From Lytechinus pictus (lineage: Eukaryota), in NCBI RefSeq assembly GCF_037042905.1, contig NC_087245.1, positions 39,558,001-39,622,000 of the forward strand: a stretch of DNA of 64,000 bases, given 5' to 3'. This document shows positions 14,180-27,939 of this stretch, piece after piece. Under the pieces are notes generated by a model. It was not told the DNA's origin. It did no database searches and saw nothing but the letters and a program-made list of their open reading frames with translations. The position numbers and the translations under genes are program-made. Each line of letters opens with the position of its first letter. Within the stretch, counting starts at the first letter, position 1.

Positions 14180-15423
14180 CTAGCTACATGCAATAAGCTA
14201 TATAATGTGTGCATGTGACTAATACAGGAGTTGTGAATCTATTCAACTTATTTTACCCAATGATAAAATCTATAATGTACAATTTTGTTCAATGTTGGAA
14301 TACACTGTATGCTGTAAGCCATTATGCAATTAGGCATGAGAAAGTGCTTGTTGGTGGGGATGGAGGGGGGGGGGTGGAGTAGAGATTGCAAGTTGGCAGC
14401 CATATTCACATCATCACATGACTTGTTCAAAATGCAATATACTGTACAGGTTACCTGAACATGTGGACCCTGATAAATTCAATTTGCCTTGTGTTTTGAG
14501 TCAGTATTCTATAATTAGGGAGAGCACTATTTAAGTGAGGTTCAGTAATCAGCCGAGACCGAAGCACAACCCACAATGTACTATGACTCACAGGCATACT
14601 AACAAGTCGCATTATCACATCACATTTACTCTAATAGTTTACACTGTACAATGTAGGTGCAACAGAAACCACCATTTTCACATCCTTTTCTGGAAGAGGA
14701 TGTTGCTTTTTTACTTTTTCTGCAGTTTATTTACACTGCAGTACATGACACTTCAAATACAACTGCTTGAATAAAATATCTAAATGAATTGATTGAATAC
14801 ACTGGGGGGGAAACAAGTGAAAATACTGTCTACACGTACATGTATAATACAGTACATGTACGTTATCCCCTTATAGAACTCGCATAAATCTAAAACTGAA
14901 TGTTTTCAAACTTGGCAGCCTATTAATACGTGACTACTACTGTCGCTATTCATATACCATGACATCACAATAAACCTTACTCCTGAAACAATCGCAAACT
15001 CAAGCTGATGATGAAAACATATGTGCCCCTTTCAGGCATACATGTGTTTAGGCAGAAGGACTCTTATTTTGCTTTAATTACTCATGAGAGCAATTAATAG
15101 GAGTTTGATAGCATCCTGGATGTGATGTTATTAGTGGTTTGCTGAAGTAATCTTTTATTTCCTTTACGACATGCACTAATTTAGATTTAGCATCATCACG
15201 TGATTATGAAAATAATATAAGGCAATCAAAAAAGATTTTTTATATTTAGCATTCATAATAAACCCACCCCCCCCCAAAAAAAAATCCACTATTACTATCA
15301 AAATTTCAATTTAAAATCTTTTATTCCAACTTTAGTCAGTGGGGCAATCTTCTATCCCTGTAGATACTCTAGAGCTGCATGTTCATGGAAAATTAGATCA
15401 AAATAGGAAACATTCCATCAATT

Positions 15424-15699
15424 TAATAATAATGATAATATGCAACATTTATATAGTGCTTAAAACAAATGTTTCTAAGCGCTGCATACTATTACCCCCG
15501 CTTTAGCACGGCTACCCTGATCGGACGCTCGAGCATTCAAGGAATTACTTCCTACCAGGTACCCATTTACTACACCTGGGTGGAGAGTGGCAAATGTAGA
15601 TAAACGCCTTGCCAAAGGACCCGAGTGCTGCGGTGGGATTTGAACCCCGGACCTTGTGGTTCAAAGTCCAGAGAATTATCCCCTGAGCTACAACACCTC
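15424..15699 (-). mobile_element. tRNA-derived SINE
   Basis: A box TAGCTCAGGGG, B box GGTTCAAATCC, body CCACCCAGGTGTAGTAAATGGGTACC, and tail AAGCACTATATAAATG followed by (ATT)n. Confidence 0.88.
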
Positions 15700-16370
15700 T
15701 ACACCAACTAATAATGCAGTGAACGCAGAAGCCATAATACCGAAAATGATGAGCAAGATAAATTGATCGTGATACATGTATACTATTACGGTATATTTAT
15801 TTGCAAGCAAATTTACATGGTATCTGAAGTCACGAAACAGGTCAGCTTTGATGTAATAGATCAGGGAAATGCAGCCTACGAGTAATCAGTTGTTTCTCCT
15901 TTTTATATAATCATATGCACATACCCAATCAATCTAATTACATGTACTCAAAATCAATGACAAATTTGAACCGATACGCATACGTTAATTGCCCTAATAT
16001 GCACCAAATTAATGCACAAACAGAATATTACTCAAAAGACACTGGTGGCATAATTTGTGCGGCTACATCATGTACATGTATATGTACCTCACTCGCCTCC
16101 CCACATGCTGTAATGAATGTATTAGCGAAAAAGAAATGATAAATTACTACCTCTATATACCGGTAGGTATTGGGGCCGCATATCCTCCCTGCATTTACAT
16201 GTCCCACATTTAGGCCATAGTGAATGGAGAATTAAGAGAAAATATGTATTTAAGTACTTTAGCCCTAAAAAGGCTGGGGGCATACATGTACAAACCCTTT
16301 TGGGCTATGGCATGAACAGATCTTTACTTCTTTATAATTGATAATTTTTTATGGTCCTAAATTTACAATA

Positions 16371-16846
16371 GGTGGTTTCAAACCGCCTCGATCACAAGAA
16401 TCCCCGTTAAATTACGAGAACTTTTTTAGGCTGAAAAATACCCATTAATTATTCCTGCATTCACACCGCCCTGAAACATACTCTTCGGGATAAGTTCCTG
16501 AAGTTACGAGCATGCGCAGTATGGTCTGATAAGCAGCAAGGCGCGAAATTCAAAATCACTAGCCCAGCAGCAGCCCATGCACGGCGCCGCACCCAACGAC
16601 GCGCTGGGCTAAAAGTTCCCGTAATTTGCTTTCAGACCGCCAAAATACCCACGACCTTGGAAAAATCCCCGCGAAAGTTCTCGTAATTTCGCCAAGTACC
16701 TACTATTTATCGGGTATTTTCTTTCGGGGATATTACGCGTAGTTTGCTTTCACACCGCCAAAATACCTGGTATTTTCTGATCGGGGTAAATTTCCCGATC
16801 AGAGAATACCTGGAACTGGCGAACTTCGAGGCGGTCTGAAACCACC
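16371..16846. mobile_element. TA-flanked MITE, TIR GGTGGTTTCARACCGCCTCG, copy 1
   Basis: TA|GGTGGTTTCAAACCGCCTCG ... CGAGGCGGTCTGAAACCACC|TA. Confidence 0.9.
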
Positions 16847-17810
16847 TAATGTGTCTCCACAGAAAGAGAAAGGGGGAATTATGTGCCGGAATACGTGCTA
16901 CAAATACAAGGGAATAAAAACAGATATATCCCCGCCCGCCCAACAGCCCGGAGGAAAGATTTACAAATTAGCTGCAAGAGAAGCTAAATATAGCAAAAAC
17001 TAAAACCCTTGGGGGAAAAATAATCTGAGCATTAATCAAGCATGAATGCTCCGGACCTATTACATTTCCCTCATGCCCACCGGGCACCAACTGCTTGCCA
17101 AAGCTTATTCTTTCCATCTATACATCATGTATAAATGCATGTTATCGACGAAGGCCAACCACATCACAATGATGGTGGAAAACTATCAAATCCATACAGT
17201 GGCATTGATTATAATCGACTCCACGATCACAAATAAATATATCCAATTCATTTGCATGAAAATTGGAATGAAATTTGTCTTGCGTTTCAGTAGCATCCAC
17301 GACAAGGCAGACCCATTTTCTGTCAACTCGTATTTTGACTTCACAAGCATTGCTGCAAACAATATTGCTTTTGGTGCATGGGTATTGTCCAGAAGTTGAA
17401 ATTAGATCAGTCTTCTTCCACATTGATGCTACAATGTCTCTTTTACAATTGTCATTAACCTCAAGACTTATCCTTGAGGTTTTTTTTTCAATGGTCTCCT
17501 TTTGAGAAAATGCTCTTCAATTATAGGCTTTCAGCTAAACATAAGATCCATTCTATAACTTGCAAAGCAATGGAAGATTTTAAATAAGATTTAAAGGTTT
17601 AAAAAGCCACCACCTTTTCAATGAATTTTTAATTCATTGACTCATTATCAAACAAAAACATCAAGACAGCTTCCGCAAGTGGAGCAAATCTCATATCTAA
17701 AATTAAACCAAACTGTAAGAGATGGGGTGTCAATAAAGACATCCAAGTACAGAAATCATATCTAGCGATTGAGCACTAGCTCAATCTACAATGCTCTTTC
17801 TTGCTTCTCT

Positions 17811-18258
17811 CCCAGGGAGGGGGGGGGGCAGTCAAATATATTGCTGTACACATGCATGACCCCCCCCCCAAAAAAAAGATGTTTAAAGGGGTGTTTTTCA
17901 GTTTTGGACACGGGCCGCATGTGCACTCGTTAAGGGTATCAAAAACACAGATTTAGAAGAAAAAAAGGGTGCACTGAAAGACTGGTCAATGATCAATCGC
18001 GGGGTCAAACGTATTTAGGGTATATTTTCCAAAGCTTTTTCTTTTTAAGACTAGCCAAACATGTTTAGGGTATGTTTTTTTCCCTGGGGTTATACTCTGG
18101 CGACAACTTGTTTGGCGCCAAAATGTGTAAATAAAGCCCGTGAAAAACTTGTTTAGGGGGTTATTTTGCACACAGAGAAAAACTTGTTGAGGTGTTTGGA
18201 AATAATATGGTCATGCATGTGTACAGCAATATATTTGACCCCCCCCCCCCCCCCCGGG
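17811..18258. mobile_element. Poly-G/poly-C TIR MITE, copy 3
   Basis: Same TIRs; direct repeat GCTTCTCT on both sides. Confidence 0.9.
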
Positions 18259-20905
18259 GCTTCTCTGCCAATTTAAGCTCATGAACATGTAACTTTAACC
18301 ATCCAATGGAAGGTCACGGGGAATCCTTTATTTTGATTGGCTGTTGAGCATCGTTACCATGGTAGTAACAACTGGATGGCAAATTCAGCATGACAGAAAC
18401 AATTATGCAGCAGGTGGCGCAGAACTCATCACCAGTAAATCTTTTAAAAAATGCATAATCCTATCATGATGTTACAAGAACGATTGGACATACTCTGTGA
18501 GTGGTTGATCAGTCACGCCCTGCATGCAAGGAAGTATCTCAAGACATCGCAGATGGCCATCAACACGGTCCTCCTCTGAACTGCTCATCGTGAGATTCAA
18601 AGACAACCAAAGTCGCTACACACGAATCAAATTTTCCACAAAGTTAGTGAAGTCCCTGAAGGACTACTAAAGAGTGTCCTGGGCTGGATGACTGTTGAAA
18701 TGAGAGTCCAAAAAAAAGGGCATGTGACCGAGAATTCCTCAAAGATAAGGCCAGAGGTTCCAAGAGGAGTTCCTCAAAGATCAAGTGAGATTTTACAATA
18801 TGACTGAGATCTTGTAGCCTGCTTCCTTCTGCTTTATAAATATACAATGTTGTATACTAATAGTTCCGAAAAGTTCAAGTTCAGTTACATGTTCCAAATC
18901 AAAATGACTATTAAAAAGTATTTGCGCTGTAATTATTATCCTGTTGTATTGATAATTAGACACATAGAGCAGAGACAGAACTTTCACACCATATTCTGTG
19001 ACAGAAGTGACTACTCTTCCCACACTATAAGCTGGAACACTGCAATCGGAGATAGACAGAACCTTAAAATCTGGAGCTTTGTGTAAATTCCGGTGCAAAC
19101 GCTACAAGCAATTCATAACCCATCAGGAATGGTATCCAAGTTTTAAAGAAATATCCAATGATACTAACCAAAGAAAGATGTATATCAAGAGAAGAATACA
19201 TGTGTATCCATCCCTTCCTTGTCAAGGTTTAAAGAGAGATGACTGCACTTTCTCTCTCGCTGCTGACTGCAGTGAAGCTTTGAGCATGTCGGATAACATT
19301 CACACAACACACTTTACACAGTCATTCTGGCGTGACAATTCGTCTGGGTGTCCTGCTAATTATGGAACATTGTGATCATCCCAAGTGATGACGGGGTCAG
19401 GATGACAAGATGACACAACTGTTCCCCATGAAGTAGGTTCCTTTATATTGCACACCTGAAGCTTTCAATCTATTCGGCAATCTATATGCTGATAAAAATC
19501 ATTGACTTTGAGGAACTCCAACAAATTGGATGTCACTCAGTTGGCAAACCAAAGATGTTTCTAATTTCACAATGTGTAGATTTTCATCAGGAATACAAAA
19601 AAATATGACCAAGGATTATCAAGTCAGATGAAGTGCACATTACGAAATGCATTCCATCATGTTTGCTGATTTTAATCCTTTACTATCCACGATCGTTTGA
19701 CATAACCATTGTGTGAGTTCAAGTGCTAGGTTCTAAGAATCCACATCAGCCTTCATACATGTAGTTGTCCAACATACATGTAGTTTTACTCCGCACATGC
19801 ATTCAATGTTCTGTCAAGAATGTTCTAGAAGGAAACGCATTCCTGTATGCATCATTTCAATCTTATACCCTCTGAAACAAAATAATCGTTCAAGATCAGT
19901 AAAGGTCTAACGATGTGCCAACAGCAAATAAAAACCTTTCGTTGATGATATCGACACACGTGAAGCAAATGTCCAAGGCAAAGTGTGTTTTTTTTCAAGC
20001 ACAAAGCTCCTGCTACTGTATTATAAGATGTTGGAGATACTAGGCAAGCATCGATAGGCCTGACACACAGCTATCCACACCCTGTTTGCTAAGCAAGGCT
20101 TGTGATCGACGAGAAACGATCGCCGAGAATCCAATGATTCATGAGGAGAGCTCCTTGCTGTTAGCAGGTATATCAATAAAATATACACAAGAATGCCTGG
20201 ATTCACATAAATTATTCTTTGCACATCCTCAAGCAATATCGAGCCAGAGTCACAAGACAATTTCAATACACCTGGAAACTTGTATTTTCAAAAAGGTCAC
20301 AGATTCAAGCATCTATCATCGGTGATTACGAACCATTACTGATGAAATGTATGGTTGGCACAACATACGATGACTCATTTAAAGCACTGCACATGAAACT
20401 ATGAGACATTTTGCTGAATGAAACGTCATCGGCCCGTAAAATCATCCCAAATCTCTACAGAACTCCTATGGAAATCCCCTTTCCAAGATGCAGTGTTCGT
20501 GAAGCGAATCCAACAGCTAGAGTTGGGAGTAAATGATGTGTACATAATGTGCAATAATGCACTGCTCCGAACAACACGATAAGTGTTAATAATCACGATG
20601 ATAATTCATTCAAAATGTCACCAGCATATATTGCCCCATCTGTTGCCTATACCCTTTGGTGATGTAAGCATTCAAGAAAAAGAATTGTGATCGATCAAAC
20701 CAGGTTGGGTTGAAACTCTACCTCAGGCATGGATTAGAATCTGATCTGGAGTGATCGTAAGTGTTGTAATCCTTCATCATTATGTTCAGCATATCCCGAG
20801 TCGGCATTGATTATGCTGATGTTTCACAAAGGGGGTGGGTGTTCAAGAAAAACATGGATGGGCTGGCTATCATGAGTTGATTGCTGTTCGTGATGTTTCT
20901 TGTAA

Positions 20906-21227
20906 TAATAATGATAATAATAATATACAGTTCTTGTATAGCGCATATCACAATCATGAATAATGTCTCTATGCACTTCCAAAGGACTTGGATATTATTA
21001 TTACCCCAGCTGTAGCTTGGCAGCCGTAATTACTGAGATTACAGCGCACACGCATTTCAAGGAATAAATTCCTGCCAGGCCGGTACCAATTCACCTCACC
21101 CGGGTCGAGTGCAGCACTATGTGGATACATTTCTTGCCGAAGGAAATTACGCCATGGCTGGGATTCGAACCCATGACCCTCTGTTTCAAAGTCCTGAGAC
21201 TAATCCACTGGGCCACAACGCTCCACA
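20906..21227 (-). mobile_element. tRNA-derived SINE
   Basis: A box TGGCCCAGTGG, B box GGTTCGAATCC, tail GCGCTATACAAG followed by (ATT)n, and target duplication CTTGTAA. Confidence 0.9.
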
Positions 21228-21242
21228 CTTGTAACCATTTAA

Positions 21243-21636
21243 AGATAAATTCCAGTTTTGGTAACGATCTAAAAATGACTTTTTACAGAATCTAATATAA
21301 TGACCACCTAAGTGTCTGTTTGTATGAATAAAAAATATGTGCCAAAGGATTCTGGAAGAAATTGTGTGATTGCTGAGAAATAAGCAAAATAAGCGCGGAT
21401 TCGGTCACTTCCGTCGGGTCTTTATTTTAGCAATAATAATACACTGTCCCACGTGTGCCTATCTGTGTTGGTGATCTTCAGTGTGAACATTTTTCAGCGT
21501 AGATTTCAAGATTTCACAAAGTTCAGTTTATGTAACTGTACCAGATCTAGATCCTCGATGATATACTGACAATTAAGCCTTGTTTTACAGACTTTCTCAT
21601 GAAATCAGTGTTTACTGCAACTACTGGAATTTCTCT
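21243..21636. mobile_element. TTAA-target MITE (AGATAAAT family)
   Basis: TTAA|AGATAAATTCCAGT ... ACTGGAATTTCTCT|TTAA. Confidence 0.85.
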
Positions 21637-22502
21637 TTAAGCATTCTAATCTGTTCACCATCAAAGTGGGGGGGGGGGGGAGGAGGGCACTGTCATTTAA
21701 AGATGGACACCATGCTCGTCCACAAAATCATAAAAAAATGGCGGTTTTGTATAAATAACGAGACAGGAACGAGGGACAACACATTGTATGATCTTTCCAT
21801 GTTTTATTTTTTTTATTTACATGTAGATAGAAACCTTAGATTTTTTTATCTAAATAAAGCTCCTCCCTTAATCAATATCACCTCCCCTCCCTCCTTTTTA
21901 AAGGGTTGTTGGTAGAATGGTACTAGACTGACATTGGTACATTTTGTATGAAAATTCTGAATAGTATTTCAAAGAGGCTTTTTGTTTCAATTTCACTTGA
22001 ATTCGTTATTATACCGATTTCATATGGAAGCTTGAATTCATAACAGATCTCCCTTACATCAAAAATACTTTTTTTTTCAATAATACTTCAAAAACAAACA
22101 TGGTCTTATTTTTGTTCACGCTGCTTTTCTCAATAGCAGCCAATTGCCACGCCCCACTAGAGATTATCAGAATACATGTAGCAGCATATATACCAAACTA
22201 TGAAAGCAAAATTGAAAGTATACAGCTACATTTACATTGATCATTGAATATCATACATCACAATCGTTTCCAAAAATATCTTTGCTACATTTCAAGCACA
22301 TGACAGGATAAGATTCTTTGCAATTTTTTTTGTTGTTGCAAAGGTTACCAAAGATATAACTGCTCAAGCAGACGCAACGAGGTAGACAGTCGAGGGCTCA
22401 TATCAACCAGCGGGATGATTAAATTAAAAGATGAGGAGGGAATATTCCCAGGAGAAAAGAAATATAGACCCAAGTATTAATCTGGGAAAACTTGAATGAT
22501 TA

Positions 22503-22975
22503 GGTGGTTTCAAACCGCCTCCATAATAAGAATCCCCGTCAAATTACGAGAACATTTTTAGGCTAAAAATACCCATTTATTATTCCTGCATTCGCACCGC
22601 CCTGAAACGTACACTTCGGGATATGTTCCTGAAGTTACGAGCATGCGCAGTATGGTCTGATAAGCAGGCAAGGCACGAGATTCAAATCACTAGCTCAGCA
22701 GCCACCCACGGCGCCCGCGCCCAACTACACGCTGGGCTAAGAGTTCCCGTAAATTGCTTTCACATTGCCAAAATACCTGCGACCTTGGAAAAATCCCAGC
22801 TAAAGTTCTCGTTATTTTGACAAGTACCTAATATTTAGTGGGTATTTTCTTTCGGGGAGATTGAGCGTAATTTGCTTTCACATTGCCAATATTACCTGGT
22901 ATTTTCTGATCAGGGTAAATTTCCTGATCAGAAAATACCTGGAACTGACGAACTTCGAGGTGGTCTGAAACCACC
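22503..22975. mobile_element. TA-flanked MITE, TIR GGTGGTTTCARACCGCCTCG, copy 2
   Basis: Colinear with 16371-16846; TA flanks. Confidence 0.9.
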
Positions 22976-23264
22976 TATTGTTAGATATATACATGTATGG
23001 GAGAGTGAATAATAAGAGAGCAAGACAACTTTTTATGATGAATTGATTTGAATCTATAAAGAATATGCATAAACTGACGCAATATACATGAATTCATTGC
23101 TGTGGCCTGCCAGAGTGAGGCGGGTGGATTATGAAGAACAAGGGGTACATTGACAAAAAACAACAACAACAGAAGCGTTATAAACAGCACCACCCGTATT
23201 TACAAAGGACCACTTCAAACATTTTACATGAGATATCATTCATGTCTTAATACAGCTAAAGCAT

Positions 23265-23364
23265 GGGTAATAATAATAGCAGGGCCCGCTGGGAGAACAG
23301 GTTTCAGAACTGAAGTGGCTTCCCTGGGTAAATGTACCTTACACATATCATTATTATTATTATC
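23265..23364 (+). mobile_element. 5'-truncated SINE/LINE tail
   Basis: Matches the tail of 46757-47095 and ends in (ATT)n. Confidence 0.7.
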
Positions 23365-23757
23365 ATCCACTGGTGCAATGATTAGTTTATTAAGACAAAA
23401 GGTGTTGTGTGTTCAAAGCCCATGATTAACACCTTGGTTTTACAGTACATACATGTACATGTAGCTATTATAAATCATGTAAACATAGGATAGGCTTACA
23501 TGTACATCAAGTGAATGGTGTCCCAAACTCACATGAAATAGCCACAAACATTCACATGTTTTTACTGCAACATATGCAAGCACCCAAGTTGCAAAAACAT
23601 AGAACTTGGCAAACACCTTCAAATTGTTTAAAATTTGTATTGAAATTGATTTAACATTTCTTGACAAAATCATGAGGATTTCTTTAATGCAAGATTTCAG
23701 GCTCAAGGTCCCAGTAACATAAAGCACGATTGATCATGGGGTTTGAATAGTGTTGTA

Positions 23758-23958
23758 CACTGCAAAAAACTCTGGTGTTGATTGAACACCAGCCCGGAAT
23801 CTATATATGTCCACACCAGAGAAGTGTTAAACAACACCAGTTTCGTTTTTGTCTAACACCAGATTAGTATTAAAACTGGTGTTGTTTCAATACTTCTCTG
23901 GAGTGGACATATATAGATTCCGAGCTGGTGTTAAATCAACACCAAAGTTTTTGCAGTG
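23758..23958. mobile_element. Palindromic CACTG-terminal MITE (CACTA/EnSpm-like)
   Basis: CACTGCAAAAAACTCTGGTGTTGATT ... AATCAACACCAAAGTTTTTGCAGTG; arms of about 85 bp pair almost throughout. Confidence 0.88.
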
Positions 23959-24354
23959 TGTCATCAATTGTAAAATATATCTGCATCACAATCAATTGAT
24001 AAGCTGTATGTTGTTACAGGGTCCTGATGATGTTTAATACAACGGTGTTTCTACCAAGCACTCATCTCTCATTAGGGGATTTTCAAGTACTCTAGAATGA
24101 TGAGCCCAAGAGATCAACTATGATGGATGTGTTTATATTTACTATCATTCACCCCCTTAAACATTCAAAGTATTTTGGAGAATGGACAGACACGCACAGT
24201 AGGCATATCTGCACTCTGGTATCTATAGGAATGTTTGATTTGTGTTTATTCATGCAGTTTCTCTCTCTGTCTGTGCCATAATGGTGTTCATCAGGTGATG
24301 TGAGGTACAACACAGCTTTCACAGCAAATTGGGAAATAATCAAATACACTTTTA

Positions 24355-24853
24355 TGCTTTTCACACTGCACTTTTTTCCCTTAACCCCAGGAAATTGGTG
24401 GGGCTAAGGGGGGGCCTTAGCCCCACCAATTTCCCGGGGTTAAGCTTAGCCCACTTCGTTTTCACACTACGTTTTAGCAAAGTGGGCTAGCACGGTAAAT
24501 AGTACGTACTATCTGGCCCTGCAAAAAAGCAGGGTTAGCTGGCTTATTGTGGTGCTAGCACCACAATTGCGGTGCTAAGATATGCAGTGTGAAACGAAAC
24601 TGGGCTAAGGAAACGTGGGGCTAAGCAATAGCCAATCACAGAAGTCGAAATAGCACGTTAATCACGCTCTGTATGGTAAAATCATCAATATTCATGAGCT
24701 GTGGGATAGTCCGGGGTTAAGGCTTTAACCCCGGCTAAGCAGATAGTATGGGGTTAAGAAAGACAGTGTGAATCCCCAAAAAGATAGTATGGGGTTAAGG
24801 ATAGTCCGGGGTTAAGGATTGTATGGGGTTAAGGAAATGCAATGTGAAAAGCA
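24355..24853. mobile_element. TA-flanked MITE, TIR TGCTTTTCACACTGCA, with GGGGTTAAG subterminal repeats, copy 1
   Basis: TA|TGCTTTTCACACTGCA ... TGCAATGTGAAAAGCA|TA with an internal hairpin at about 24380-24443. Confidence 0.9.
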
Positions 24854-26721
24854 TATTTAAGCTATTATTGGTGTACAATTAGGGACAAATCGGTTGTTTA
24901 GGGATTTATTCAACAACCGGAAACTCCTTTAATGAAAGAGCAGCTATGGAGGTTATTAAGTTAAAGGCAGCATTTGAGAGAGTATTCTCAACGTTTTGAG
25001 TTACGGTACTTCTGGATAAAGAAACATCACAAACTAGTAACCTAATTTTTTACATCCAATAACATCTTGCTTGTTTACTGTACATGTACTTCGAGGGTCT
25101 AGAGCAAGATGGCATGAACATACGCATTGATTTTGGCTACTTTGGGAACATTCACAATCATTTTCAACACCTATTTTTTCAGATTCTTTCATTTTTTTTG
25201 TCGTGATTATAAAATAATTTACTGTTACCAAGTAACATGTAAGGAGCTCTAATACTTTATATGATCTTTATACAGCTCTCTCTCTCTCCATATTGGTGAA
25301 ACACTATTTTCTATAAAAATGGGTATGTGATACATGTAGTCCCACTCATGCATTTCTCTGCAATTCATTGTGAATACATCATTTTCAGTTCAGTGGGTCA
25401 CAGGTAAGCGGATAGAGTAGAAGATGAGATCGATTGAAGTTCCCTCCCTCGCACCTGCATCTTTGCAATGAAACGCTACCCTTAGGAAAACACAGGTTGA
25501 CTCAAAATGGGGTTCGGTGAACTTTTGGCCCAGGCACAAAGTCAATACCACACTCCCTTTAACCAATGTATTGTCAAGGGGTAGTTTTGCTGTTAGATAT
25601 TCTATAGGCTGGTGCTTTCTCTGGATGTGAGAGGGTTAAGAATGATAGCATCGATCTTTTAAATGAGTTCTGAAGCGGGATATGCAATTTACAAAATTGG
25701 AAAAGTTGAGTTACGCCAACTCCTGAATAGCAGATAGACAGTGAACCCATGCATTACTTCAAGGGTTCTGCCTTTTTTTTCTTCTTTTTCTTAATTCCTC
25801 CCATCCCTTTCCTGTATAAAAAAAGCTTTAAATACTTTATATGAAATGGGTAAAATTGTCAAATGAAATGCACATAGGATGCAAACCTAAAGTGATCAAT
25901 CTCACTATTGCATATAATCATGATACACTTTTCTTGATACCCTTATCACAATATGCAGCTGAATACATTACAATTTTACGGGTTTTTTTCTTGGGGGGAG
26001 GAGGATTCACCTCCAGCCCCCCCAAAAAAAATCAATGTTTCAGAAGCAAAGTAACCAGCTAGTAAACAGCAAAATGCACGAAACTGATTGTATTCTACTT
26101 ATAAACCATGTCTTCCGAATTGTTTATTCGGCTTTGATATGGCATCTTTTGTGATGATGAAATAAACCCTTTAATAGTTCATCTAATTATGCTTTGATTA
26201 TAGTGAAAGCCTTGAAAAAAAGATACTACAACCTACTGCACCCCCTCCTCCCCAAAACTGAAACACCTCTAAGAAAATCGTAATCACTTTATATCAGTTA
26301 GTTTCTCACAAAAAGCAGCTCACTACTAATAGTAGATTACCATCAGCGTCAAGTTCAAACCTACATTAGGAGAGAACTATCTATTAGCCCCATCACAGCT
26401 TCATACTACTACAAACCAAAGAAATCAAGATTGAAGAGGCATGCAATGCAAAAGGTAAATGCCATGTTTGTGTTCCATGGCACATGTTTATCAACATGCA
26501 TTTGTCTGATGATGCTCCATTCACACAACAGAAAACTAAGTTACAAACACAGTAGAGAACAGTATGCAGGTACATGTACGTACCACATGGCAAGGTATAT
26601 ACATATATATATATATTGCAATTTTCTATCGATGTAAACATGAATAGACAATCCCCCCCCCCCTCCATTCTTTCCACGATGTAATACTGGTACACAGACA
26701 ACTTTTCATGTGAAGATTTAA

Positions 26722-27318
26722 AAGGACAAGTCCACCCACAACAAAAGTTATTTGAATTAAAAGAGAAAAATCAAACAAGCATAACAGTGAAAATTTGATC
26801 AAAATCTGATGTAAAATAAGAAAGTTATGACATTTTAAAATTTCGGTTGATTTCACAAAACAGTTATATGCACATCCTGGTCAGTATGCAAATGAGGAGA
26901 CTGATGATGTCATTCACTCACTATTTCTTTTGTATTTTATTATATGAAATATTCTAATTTGCTCCTCAGTGTCAAGTGAAATACGATGAATTCCTCCCTG
27001 AAGATGTGGTATTAGCATTGTTAAATACTATATGGTTCAGTCAAGTTGGTCCTACATGTAATTGTCAAATTTGTAATAAATGAAATATTGTATAATTCGA
27101 ACAATAAAAAACAAAAGAAATGGTGAGTGAAGAACATCGACTTTTTCATTTGCATATCACAGAATTGTGCATATCACTGTTTTGTGAAAAATAAGCGAAA
27201 CTTTAAAATGTCATAACTTTCTTATTTCACATCCGATTTTGATGAAATTTCAACGTTATGCTTGTTTGATTTTTCTCTATTTATCCAAATCAACATTTTT
27301 CTGGGGTGGACTTGACCT
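26722..27318. mobile_element. Kolobok-like MITE, family AGGTCAAGTCCACCCC, copy 2
   Basis: Colinear with 8501-9093 and has TTAA on both sides. Confidence 0.9.
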
Positions 27319-27749
27319 TTAAATAAAAGTTGTTTATGCAATGCACAAAGCATTTGCAATATTTCAACAAGAATCAATTTATAACTAGATTAAAGTGGGT
27401 GCTGGTGTAGCGCTTAAATGTCAAATTTTGAATACCGCATTTGGAGAAGGCAGTACCCATTTTACATGTACATGTATCATATGTATGTATGCCTAGGACA
27501 CCTCCCCCGGGTGGAGTGAGGCACATGTATATTAATGCATTGCTAAAGGACACATGCTGCTCTGCGGTATGAACACCATGGCATGAGTGCCATTCAAAGT
27601 CCAGAGACTTTATATCCACTGGGACTTAACACTATAACAAAAAGAATACAGTTTTTGTATAAGAAAAATAAAATACATGAAACAGAAAATTAGTGGTACA
27701 TCTCATTGAACAGCATTCATGAGGGTTACAAGGTGAAGTCGTTTTTGAC

Positions 27750-27939
27750 CAGGGCTCGACATAAGCAGTGGCCCGGGGCAACCACAAATGAAAGTCAGGC
27801 CACCAAAGTTTTGATATATTCTGTTGTTTTCTATCGTTTTCGGGCCGCTAAATTTGCTTTACGGGCCATCAAATATATGACATTGATTTTGGTGGACCGA
27901 TCAGGCCACCAAGAAAAAACAACTTAACGTGGAGCCTTG
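27750..27939. mobile_element. Short P-like MITE, same family as 37597-39459
   Basis: CAGGGCTCGACATAAGC ... TTAACGTGGAGCCTTG with GGCCACC subterminal motifs; no clear target duplication. Confidence 0.7.

Noticed and set aside
21155..21227. tRNA-like sequence (also at about 15630-15699 and 47025-47095)
   Set aside because: These are SINE heads continuous with SINE bodies and tails, not tRNA genes.
24700..24835. Telomere-like GGGGTTAAGG repeats
   Set aside because: Spaced subterminal motifs of a MITE, not tandem TTAGGG.
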